Origin: Rhodospirillaceae bacterium
GTDB lineage: Bacteria; Pseudomonadota; Alphaproteobacteria; UBA6615
DNA length: 64,000 nucleotides
Reading direction: 5' to 3'
Assembly (NCBI GenBank): GCA_038140435.1
Contig: JAYQGE010000017.1
Coordinates: 8,481-72,480 of the forward strand
A program made the position numbers and the translations under genes. This document shows positions 9,787-20,835 of the stretch, one piece after another. Position 1 is the stretch's first letter; every line of letters begins with the position of its first letter. The notes below the pieces were generated by a model. That model saw only the letters and a list, made by a program, of their open reading frames with translations. It was not told the DNA's origin and made no database searches.

Positions 9787-12687
9787 ATGCGTGTGCGCAC
9801 CGCCATCAAGATCGTGTTTGTGCTGGTCGTCGCGCTGGCCGTCGCCGGCGCGGCCATCCTCTTCAATCTCGACCCCAACGACCACAAGGGCCGGATCGCG
9901 GACTACATCAAGCGGGAAACGGGGCGCACGCTCACGATCGGCGCACCGATCGAGTTTGCCTGGGGCCGTACGACGCGCCTGGCGCTGCGCGACGTGAGTT
10001 TCTCGAACCCGGACTGGGCGCAAACGCCCGACATGGTCCGGGTTTCGGAAATCGACATTCGCTTCGCGCTGTTGCCGCTGCTGCAAGGCCGGTTGGACGT
10101 CGACAGCCTTGTCGTGCGGGGCGCCCGCATCGATATCGAGACCGATAAGTCCGGCCGCAGCAGCCTCGACTTCGGGACCACCGATGCGTCTGACGAAGAT
10201 TCCGACAGGACAGGCAACCTGGATATCGACCTGGAGATCGCGGAACTCGAGATCGAGGATGTCGGCGTGACGATCCGCGATCGGATCGCCGGCAACGAGA
10301 CGGTGGCCACCGTGGAACGGGTCAAGGCGCTCCCGGCCGGGCCCGGCGCGCCACTCGACATCGATATCGCCGCGGACATCCGGATCGCCGACAAGCAGGC
10401 CCGGATCGACCTCGACGGGCAGATCGGCTCCTGGGAGGACATCATTCGCGGCGATCGCGAAGTACCGTTCGACCTGGCAGGCGAAGCACTCGGCCTGGAC
10501 GTCGAGATCGACGGTTCGGTGCGCGGCCCGGGCAATCCCGACGGCTTCGACGTCGATGTCCTCGTTTCGGGCGACGCGCTCGCGGAAATCCAGCCCTTCC
10601 TGGAAACCCCGTTACCCGTGCTCGGCCCGATGCACCTGTCGGCGAACATCAGCGGCGACCAGCGCGCGCCCATCGTCAACCTTGTCTCGCTCGACGCCGC
10701 CAACATACGCGTGTCCGGGACAACGAGACTGGCGCTCTCCGACGATATCTCCGACCTGCAGTTCGACCTGAAGGCGGAATTCAAGGGGCAGGAGCTGACC
10801 CCGATCGAGCCGCTCGCGCGGATTCCGCTCGCGCAGTTCGGGCCGGTAAACGGGATCGTGAATATCCGCGGGGACCTCGACGCCATGCGCTTCGAGCCCA
10901 ACCGGGTGGCTGTCGCGAACAGTCTTGTGTCGGGTACGGTGACGGTCGGGCCCGTCCTGGACGATCCGAATGTCACCTACGACCTGATCGTGACCGCGAA
11001 CAATCAGAGCATCGACATCGTCAATCCCATCGCGGGGGTCACGTTGCCGGATGCGGGGCCGATCAGCGGCGAAATTCGCGCGATCGGGGACCTGGACAAG
11101 GTCCGCGCCGAAACGACCGGCCTGACGACGGGTGGGCTTCGGGCCAGCGGGCACGTTGACGTGACGGATCTCGAGGCGGACGAGCCCGGCGTGGAACTCG
11201 ATCTGGACGTGACCGCGACCGACCAGCCGCTGGCGCCGTTGCAAGAGATGCTGGGCGACGACTTCGCCGGCCTGGGATCCGTTGGCGGCGCGGTCGCGAT
11301 TGTGGGCACGTTGCCGGAGATTCGCCTTTCGCTCCGTGATTTCGCGATCGACCGGCTGCGCGCGAGCGGCGAGGTCGTCCTCGACGTGGATGCCGACCAG
11401 CCGCTCAAGAGCTATCGCGTCGACATTGCCGGAAACGAACAGCGGCTCGGCCTTTTCCAGCCGCTGCTCGGCATCTCGTGGCCTGAACTCGGGCCTGTCG
11501 ACCTGTCGGCCTCGCTGGAGGGGGACCTCGAGAAGGTACGCGTCGATGCGTTCACGTTTCGCAGCGCGATCACGGACCTGGCCGGCCAGGGACGCATCAC
11601 CTTCGATCCGAACGCACTGGAGATCGAGGCGACGGCCACATCCGAGGTGACAGATCTGACGCGGCTTTTCCCCGACTACGAACCGGCGCGCCGGCCCGCA
11701 ATCGTATCCCCGGAAGAGGCGAAGGCCGACGTGCCGCCGGAACGCCGGGAGAAGATCTTCTCCGACGACCCGCTGCCGCTGGATTTCCTGCGTTCGGCGG
11801 ATCTCGACATATCGTTCAGGCCCCGCAGGCTGATTTCCCCCTATGGCGTTTTCGAGGACGTAAACCTGCGTCTCGTTCTCGAGGAGGACGCTCTCGCTGT
11901 GCGCCCGCTGGAAGCGCGATATGCCGGCAGTGCGCTGCGTGGCGATATCAGCCTCGACGCGCGAGCCGAGACACCGCTCGTGACGGTGTCGCTTCGCGCG
12001 CCGAACCTGGAGATCGGACAGCTTCTGAAGGATTTTGCCGACCTCGATGTGCTCGAGGGGACCGGCGCCGTCGACATCGCCCTGTCGGGATCCGGAAACT
12101 CCGCGGCCGCCATTGCCGCCAGCCTCGATGGCCATGCGCGCCAGCTCATGGGACAGGGCCGGATGCGGAACGAGGGGCTCGGATATGTCAGCGGGCTGTT
12201 CTCGGGCATCGGCGAGGCGCTCGGCGGCAAGGACTGGGTCACCGTCGATTGCATGGCAAACGACTTCCAGTTCGCGAAAGGCGTCGCAACCAGTCGCGTC
12301 AATCTGCTGAGCACGGAGGTCATCACCGTGACGGCGGAGGGCGATATCGACCTCGGAACCGAGACGTTCAAGATGAAGATCAAGCCCCGGCCGCGCGGCT
12401 TCGATCTGAGCCTCGCCGTACCTGTTCTCGTCCGAGGACCGCTCGACGACCCGAGTTTCCTCCCCGATCCCCTTGGCACGCTGGCGAAGATTGGCTCGCT
12501 CCTGGGCAGCATTGTCTTCCCGCCGGCGGCCCTGATCGGGCTCGTGGACCTCGGCGGCAACAACCACCCTTGCGTCCAGTACGCGAAGACGACCGAGGGG
12601 CAATCGGCCCCGACGCCGTCCGCGCCGCTGGAGAACCGGCCGGCCGGCCCAGGTGTGAACCGGGGGCCGACGGGCAATACGGATTAG
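9787..12687 (+). CDS. AsmA-family outer-membrane biogenesis protein
   Basis: 966 aa with a single N-terminal TM helix and a long repetitive beta-rich body (AsmA-like N-terminus IADYIKRETGRTLTIG...). Family call by resemblance only. Confidence 0.75.
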   Translation: MRVRTAIKIVFVLVVALAVAGAAILFNLDPNDHKGRIADYIKRETGRTLTIGAPIEFAWGRTTRLALRDVSFSNPDWAQTPDMVRVSEIDIRFALLPLLQGRLDVDSLVVRGARIDIETDKSGRSSLDFGTTDASDEDSDRTGNLDIDLEIAELEIEDVGVTIRDRIAGNETVATVERVKALPAGPGAPLDIDIAADIRIADKQARIDLDGQIGSWEDIIRGDREVPFDLAGEALGLDVEIDGSVRGPGNPDGFDVDVLVSGDALAEIQPFLETPLPVLGPMHLSANISGDQRAPIVNLVSLDAANIRVSGTTRLALSDDISDLQFDLKAEFKGQELTPIEPLARIPLAQFGPVNGIVNIRGDLDAMRFEPNRVAVANSLVSGTVTVGPVLDDPNVTYDLIVTANNQSIDIVNPIAGVTLPDAGPISGEIRAIGDLDKVRAETTGLTTGGLRASGHVDVTDLEADEPGVELDLDVTATDQPLAPLQEMLGDDFAGLGSVGGAVAIVGTLPEIRLSLRDFAIDRLRASGEVVLDVDADQPLKSYRVDIAGNEQRLGLFQPLLGISWPELGPVDLSASLEGDLEKVRVDAFTFRSAITDLAGQGRITFDPNALEIEATATSEVTDLTRLFPDYEPARRPAIVSPEEAKADVPPERREKIFSDDPLPLDFLRSADLDISFRPRRLISPYGVFEDVNLRLVLEEDALAVRPLEARYAGSALRGDISLDARAETPLVTVSLRAPNLEIGQLLKDFADLDVLEGTGAVDIALSGSGNSAAAIAASLDGHARQLMGQGRMRNEGLGYVSGLFSGIGEALGGKDWVTVDCMANDFQFAKGVATSRVNLLSTEVITVTAEGDIDLGTETFKMKIKPRPRGFDLSLAVPVLVRGPLDDPSFLPDPLGTLAKIGSLLGSIVFPPAALIGLVDLGGNNHPCVQYAKTTEGQSAPTPSAPLENRPAGPGVNRGPTGNTD

Positions 12688-12701
12688 GACCTCTGATCGC
12701 C

Positions 12702-13406
12702 ATGAAACGTTTCTACACGGATGTCTCCACTGCACCGGTCACGGATGACGGGGCCCACGAGGTGCTGCTCGACGGACGCGGCGTTCGCACACCGCTCCGG
12801 CGGCCCCTACAGGTCCCGGGCGCCCCGTTGGCGAATGCGATCGCGGAGGAATGGCACCGTCAGGGCGAGGAAATCGATGTGGAATCGATGCCGTTGACCC
12901 GGATCGCCGCAACCGCGGTCGATCGCGTGTCGGACGACCGTGAGGGATATATCAATCAGATCGCCGCCTATGGCGGGACGGATCTGGTCTGCTATCGCGC
13001 CCAGGCGCCCCAGGAGCTGGTCGTCCGCCAGGCGCGGGTCTGGCAACCGCTGCTCGACTGGGCGCAAGAGACCTATGGCAGCGAACTGATTGTGACGGAT
13101 GGATTGTTGCCTGTGGACCAGCCGGAAGAATCCCTCGCGCGCATCCGTGTCGCCGTCGCCGACCACGACCTCTACGAGCTGGCGGCGCTGGGGGTCGTGA
13201 CGTCGGCCAGCGGTTCGGTGATCGTGGCCCTGGCCCTGTCGCGCGGTCACCTGGATGCCGCGACCGCCTTCGATGTCGGTCAGCTCGACGAGTCCTACCA
13301 GGTCGAGCTGTGGGGGGAGGAAGAGGAGGCCCGGGCGCGGCGCGACATCCTGCGGGCCGAGATCGATTGCAGCGCGAACTTTCTGGAGTTGCTGCGCGCG
13401 GGCTGA
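12702..13406 (+). CDS. ATP12-family F1-ATPase assembly chaperone
   Basis: ATG at 12702 in the frame of ORF 12249..13406, giving 234 aa. MKRFYTDV...[10 protein letters not shown]...A.AIAEEW is the typical ATP12 pattern. Confidence 0.75.
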   Translation: MKRFYTDVSTAPVTDDGAHEVLLDGRGVRTPLRRPLQVPGAPLANAIAEEWHRQGEEIDVESMPLTRIAATAVDRVSDDREGYINQIAAYGGTDLVCYRAQAPQELVVRQARVWQPLLDWAQETYGSELIVTDGLLPVDQPEESLARIRVAVADHDLYELAALGVVTSASGSVIVALALSRGHLDAATAFDVGQLDESYQVELWGEEEEARARRDILRAEIDCSANFLELLRAG

Positions 13407-13486
13407 GCGCCGCTGCCGTCTTCTGGCATGGACGCCGGAAAACCTGCTATGTGGGACGCTCATTCAGCTTACGCCGGGGACGCGTC

Positions 13487-15019
13487 ATGCAGGATATTCT
13501 GGAGCAGCTTGAAACCCGCCGGATTCGCGCGCGGCTGGGCGGCGGCGAACGGCGCATCGAATCGCAACACGGCAAGGGCAAGCTGACGGCGCGTGAGCGC
13601 CTCGAACTCCTCATCGACGAGAATTCCTTCGAGGAGTTCGACATGTTCGTCGAACAGGCGCCGAACGAGATGACCGCGGACGTCGAGCCGATCCCGGGCG
13701 ACGGGGTCGTGACTGGATGGGGACTCATCAACGGGCGCAAGGTCTTCGTCTTCTCTCAGGATTTCACCGTGTTCGGGGGCTCTCTGTCCGAGGCCCATGC
13801 CATGAAGATCTGCAAGGTCATGGACATGGCGATGAAGAACGGCGTGCCCTTGCTTGGCCTCAACGATTCCGGCGGTGCGCGCATCCAGGAAGGGGTCGAG
13901 TCCCTCGCGGGCTATGCCGAGGTCTTCCAGCGCAACGTCAACGCGTCGGGCGTCATTCCCCAGGTCTCTGCGATCATGGGGCCGTGCGCGGGTGGCGCGG
14001 TCTATTCGCCCGCGATGACCGACTTCATCTTCATGGTCGAGGACACGTCCTACATGTTCGTCACGGGACCGGAGGTCGTGAAAACGGTCACCCATGAGGA
14101 GGTGACCCAGGAAGAGCTGGGCGGCGCCTCGACCCACACGACGAAGTCCAGCGTCGCGGACGGCGGTTTCGAGAACGACGTCGAGATGCTCCTGCAGCTC
14201 CGCCGTTTCTACGACTTCCTGCCGATGAACAATCGCGAGAAACCGCCGGTCTGGCCGACCAGCGATCCCTTTGACCGGGAGGAGCCGTCGCTCGACACGC
14301 TGATCCCGACCGATCCCCTCAAGTCCTATGACATGAAGGAACTGATCGTCAAAGTGGTGGACGAGGGCGATTTCTTCGAGCTGCAGGCCGATCACGCGGC
14401 GAATATCGTCATCGGGTTCGGTCGCATGGAGGGTCGCACGGTCGGCTTCGTCGCGAACCAACCGATGGTGCTTGCCGGCTGTCTCGACATCGATTCTTCC
14501 AAGAAAGCGGCGCGGTTCGTGCGCTTCTGCGACTGCTTCAACATTCCCATCGTGACCTTCGTCGATGTGCCCGGCTTCCTGCCGGGGACGGCCCAGGAAT
14601 ATGGCGGGATTATCAAGCACGGCGCGAAGTTGCTGTTCGCCTATGCCGAGGCGACGGTGCCGAAGGTCACGCTGATCACGCGCAAGGCCTATGGCGGCGC
14701 CTACGACGTCATGTCCTCGAAGCACATTCGCGGTGACATCAACTACGCCTGGCCGACAGCGGAGATCGCCGTCATGGGGCCGAAAGGGGCGGTGGAGATC
14801 ATCTATCGCGAGGATCGCGACGATCCGGAGAAGATCGAGGCACGGACCGAGGAATACCGCAAGCGCTTCGCCAATCCCTTCGTGGCGGCGCAGAAGGGTT
14901 TCATCGATGACGTGATCTACCCACACAGCTCGCGCCGGCGTATCTGCCGGGCACTGCGGCTGCTCGAGAACAAGTCACTCGAGAATCCCTGGAAGAAGCA
15001 CGACAACATCCCCCTCTAG
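13487..15019 (+). CDS. pccB: propionyl-CoA carboxylase beta subunit (carboxyltransferase)
   Basis: ATG at 13487 in the frame of ORF 13310..15019, giving 510 aa. Typical acyl-CoA carboxyltransferase sequence ([30 protein letters not shown]). pccA lies nearby. Confidence 0.9.
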   Translation: MQDILEQLETRRIRARLGGGERRIESQHGKGKLTARERLELLIDENSFEEFDMFVEQAPNEMTADVEPIPGDGVVTGWGLINGRKVFVFSQDFTVFGGSLSEAHAMKICKVMDMAMKNGVPLLGLNDSGGARIQEGVESLAGYAEVFQRNVNASGVIPQVSAIMGPCAGGAVYSPAMTDFIFMVEDTSYMFVTGPEVVKTVTHEEVTQEELGGASTHTTKSSVADGGFENDVEMLLQLRRFYDFLPMNNREKPPVWPTSDPFDREEPSLDTLIPTDPLKSYDMKELIVKVVDEGDFFELQADHAANIVIGFGRMEGRTVGFVANQPMVLAGCLDIDSSKKAARFVRFCDCFNIPIVTFVDVPGFLPGTAQEYGGIIKHGAKLLFAYAEATVPKVTLITRKAYGGAYDVMSSKHIRGDINYAWPTAEIAVMGPKGAVEIIYREDRDDPEKIEARTEEYRKRFANPFVAAQKGFIDDVIYPHSSRRRICRALRLLENKSLENPWKKHDNIPL

Positions 15020-15757
15020 CGGGGCGGGTGCGCTCAGGTCTTGCTGCCCCACACGAAGCCGCGGCATTCGGGAAGCCGGGTCGGCGAGCTTCCAGCCGCG
15101 CACCGTGTCGAACCCGGCGGCCTTGACCATGCTGCTCATACATCTGAGCGTCGGCGCCCACCAGTTGGTCTCGTTCTCGCCGTACTCGTCGTTGGGCTAG
15201 AACTCCATCACCATCTCGGTGCCGAAGCCCTTGCCGGCGCCCCGGTAGGCGCTGAAGTCGTCGGCGATGGCCGATTCGATGAACAGATCGCCGGTGCACA
15301 TGGCGGCCAGCTTGTCGATGGCGTACATGGGCCAGCGCAGGTGGTAGAGCACGCCGAAGCAGAAGACATAGTCGAAGGTGCCGAAGGTGTCGGGCGTCAG
15401 GTCGTAGATCGTCAGCTCATGGCGCTGGCACTGCTCCGTGTCGTAGCCGAGCGCCTCCCGGCACAGGTCGAACGTCTCCCACGCCTTGCGGTCTTCCGTT
15501 TCCAGGTGACCCACGAAATCCGAGAAGTCGTCAATCGCGATGGCCTGGCTGGCGCCCCGTTTCAGCGCCTCGAAGGTCCAGAATCCGTCCCACGCGCCGA
15601 TGTCCAGAACCCGCTTGCCGGTCAGGTCCTCCGGCACCCGGTATGCGCCGGCGTCGATCGGCGCCCAGCCCGGTGTGACCACCCCGTCCGGGAGTTCGAT
15701 CCGGTGGTACCAGTAGGGGAACGCCGCGATGCGGGCTTCGAGTTCGTCTTTTGTCAT
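14975..15757 (-). pseudogene. class I SAM-dependent methyltransferase interrupted by one in-frame TAG (coding-strand TAG = plus 15197-15199)
   Basis: ORF 15197..15757 (186 aa) contains the SAM motif VLDIGAWDGFW. The same frame continues past the TAG as PNDEYGENETNWWAPTLRCMSSMVKAAGFDTVRGW..., which looks like the rest of the fold. The 3' end is uncertain. ATGA overlap with the cyclase stop. Confidence 0.6.
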
Positions 15758-17673
15758 CGGGGCTCACTAGCACGGCCCGTTATGCCGTCGAGTTGAAAAA
15801 TCGAAACGGTGCCCTCGCGGCCCCGGATCTCCTGTTCGCCGAGATGTGCGAGGTTGTATTCCTCCGCATCGGTTGCGGCATGATCGCGGGTATCGCCGCT
15901 GATCAGGACGTAACAGTCCTCGTCACCCGCGAACTCCTTGGCGAGGGAGTCCAGGCGCGACGCTGTGTTCACCGCATCTCCGACCACGGTGTAATTCACG
16001 CGGTTGGCCGAGCCGATATTGCCGACGATCACCGGCCCGGTGTGCAGGCCCACCCGAACTTTCAGCGGCGGCATGCAGGCCGCACGACGCCGGTGGTTGT
16101 CGTCGCGCACCCTGCGCTGGATCTCGGCCGTGGCGCGCAGGGCGCGGGCCGCGTGGTCGGGTGCCGGCTCGGGCGCTCCCCAGAAGGCCATGATCGCGTC
16201 GCCGATATACTTGTCGACGGTGCCGCCCTCGGCCTCGATGGCGCTCCCCAGCATCTCGAAATGGGCGTTCAGCATGTCGGCGACCTCGCCGGCGTCCATA
16301 TGCTCGGCCAGGGTCGAGAAGCCGCGAATATCCGTGAACATGATCGTCAGGAGCCGCTCCTCGGACGTCTCGATGGTCTCGCCGCGCTGCATCAGGCCAA
16401 GGACAAGCTGCTTGGGCACATAGGTTTCGAACAGGCGCAGGCCCCCGATCATGCGGTTGAAGGCGCGTGCGGCGTCGGACAGTTCGGCGATCCGGCTGTC
16501 GGGAAGTTCGGGTGCGTTCGCGACATCGAGCCGGGTCAGCGCGCTCGCAGAGCTGACGAGACCGCCGATCTGGCGGTTCAGGTGCCGCGCAAACAGGAAA
16601 CCGATCAGGACGGCGATCACGAGAATGATCAGGCCGACCACGGTCATGCCGATGAGCCGTTCGACCTCGTTGCCGACCTCCTCGCGCAATAGGCTGACGC
16701 CAATGGTCCAGGGGCGATCCCCCTAGCTGTCTGTGTCGCGGGTGATCACGATCCGGTCGTTGTCGACACGGGCGTCGGAAACGCGCGGCGCATTCCGCAA
16801 CAGCGCCTCGGCGCGGTCGCCACCGCCGTCCAGCAGGGCGAAGGCCGGGTCGTCCAGGTCTCCGAGCCGGGGCAGCGGATTCTCCTGAAAATTGTTGCCC
16901 GTCGGAAAGTCAACCGTGCGCAGGTCGGGATGGCCGAGCACCCAATCTCCGTCATAAACGATGAACGCGTGAAGTTCGTTCCGCGCCGTCAGCTCCTCGA
17001 GGAACGATGCGATATTCTCCATGGTCACCGAGAGAATGACCACGCCCTCGAAACTGTCTGCGCGGCGGACCGGAGCAAGTACCGTCACGACCGGTTGTGC
17101 GACCGCCTGAATCCAGAAGGGCGGCAACCATTGGGAGGTTTGCATGATGGCCCGCGCGGCCTCCAGACCACGCGCTTGGCGTTGCAGTAACACCGGCGCG
17201 TCGGGCACCGGAATCACGAGGCCTTCGGCGAGAGTCGCGCGCAGTGCGTTGCCTCGTTCGGGGACATAGAGCACTGCCGTGACCTGGGGCAGCGCCGTCA
17301 ATATTCCTGCGAATGTCTGAAATGCCTGGTCGCGCTTGTCCTCGAGGTCGAGCCGGCCATCGGCAAACTGGGCGCTAAGCTGCTCGGCCGCAGAAACCAC
17401 GGGATCGAACTGCCCGTCGATGCGTGCTTCCACGAGATCGAGGGTCGTCGTTGCCCGCGCGCCGAGGAGGGAGAAGGTGTTCTGGGTCGCGCCCGTGACG
17501 GTCAGGGTCAGCACGCTGCCGACGGCGATCAGAATGAGCAGCGTCACGCCGCCGACGAGCAGCGTCGCAAGCCCGACGCGCCGCCGGTGCGGTGCCGCGG
17601 CTTCGGAGATGCTGTCGGGCTTGCGCATGACCCGCAGGCTAAGGCTGTGCCACTGCTTCGTCCATGTGTTCAT
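15754..17673 (-). pseudogene. membrane sensor adenylate/guanylate cyclase (TM - extracytoplasmic domain - TM - HAMP - class III cyclase) interrupted by one in-frame TAG (plus 16723-16725)
   Basis: ORFs 16723..17673 and 15754..16689 are in the same frame (984 nt apart) and separated only by a TAG. Cyclase motifs FTDIRGFS, GDAIMAFWGAP, VGLHTGPVIVGNIGS and YTVVGDAVNTASRL are present. Confidence 0.7.
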
Positions 17674-17735
17674 GGGGTGATCCGGGTCCGAATTCCCGGA
17701 TTGCGCACTGCAACATGCTCTCGTAGGTTCGTCGC

Positions 17736-19720
<1,985 letters not shown>

Positions 19721-19727
<7 letters not shown>

Positions 19728-20014
19728 CGGATATCGTGGCCGAGCGGGTGGTGATCCGCGGCCGCGTGCAGGGTGTGTGGTTTCGCGCCTGGACGGAGAA
19801 TGTCGCGCGCGACCTGTGTCTCGATGGCTGGGTCCGCAACCGTGCCGACGGCACGGTTGAGGCCGTCTTCGCCGGACCGGTCCCCGCCGTCGAACGGATG
19901 ATCGGCAACTGCCACGAAGGCCCGCCCGCGGCCCGGGTCGATGAGGTGATGCGCGAACCCGTCGATGCGCGTCCGCTGGTCGGCCAGGGCTTCGCGAAGC
20001 GGCCGACGGCCTAG
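19721..20014 (+). CDS. acyP: acylphosphatase
   Basis: 97 aa with [10 protein letters not shown] and [12 protein letters not shown] motifs. The GTG start overlaps the pccA end by 7 nt. Confidence 0.85.
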
Positions 20015-20688
20015 CCGAAGATATCCGCGAAACTGCTGCGCAGCGCGGCGTCAAGGTCACGCATGCCCGCATCGACGCCCAACCTGGCGAGGCTGGTCAC
20101 GCCAAGATGCTCTTCACCGATGCCGCAGGGTACGATGCCCGAGAAATGTTCGAGATCGGGTGCCAGGTTGATCGAGATGCCGTGGTAGCTGACCCAGTGG
20201 CGCACCCGTACGCCGATCGCCGCGATCTTGTCCTCGCGCCCGTCGCCGTGGGCGACCCAGATGCCCACCCGTCCGTCGCGCCGCTCCCCCGTGACGCCGA
20301 ACGTCGCGAGTGTCGCGATCACCCACGCCTCGAGGCCGCGCACATAGGCCCGGAGGTCCTGTCCGCGTTCACGCAGGTCGAGCATGACATACGCCACCCG
20401 CTGGCCGGGCCCGTGATAGGTGTACTGTCCGCCGCGGCCGGTCGGGAACACGGGAAAGCGGTCGTGGTCGAGGAGGTCTCCCGGCTGGGCGCTGGTTCCG
20501 GCGGTGTAGAGCGGCGGGTGTTCGACGAGCCAGACGAGTTCATCGGCGCCGTCGTGGCGGATCGCCGCGACGCGCGCTTCCATCGCCGCGACGGCCGCGT
20601 CGTAGGCTTGCAGGCCGTCGCCGGTCTGCCAGGCCACGCGGCCGGGCGATGTGCGTGCAAGGTCGGGGGCTGTGAGGGTTTCGCTCAT
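20011..20688 (-). CDS. lipB: lipoyl(octanoyl) transferase
   Basis: 225 aa with [12 protein letters not shown] and KIAAIGVR motifs. Confidence 0.9.
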   Translation of the reverse strand: MSETLTAPDLARTSPGRVAWQTGDGLQAYDAAVAAMEARVAAIRHDGADELVWLVEHPPLYTAGTSAQPGDLLDHDRFPVFPTGRGGQYTYHGPGQRVAYVMLDLRERGQDLRAYVRGLEAWVIATLATFGVTGERRDGRVGIWVAHGDGREDKIAAIGVRVRHWVSYHGISINLAPDLEHFSGIVPCGIGEEHLGVTSLARLGVDAGMRDLDAALRSSFADIFG

Positions 20689-20835
20689 TTCACAAAGCGG
20701 GAATATACTCGTGTTCTCATGGTTTTGCTCGATTTCCGGTTGCCAGTCGCGGGCGGATCACGCATCTAACGAGGAGGGCCTCGCAGGGCCCGGATGATGG
20801 CCTCGCGCGGCGGTGCTTCGGAACGGAGAAGGTTG

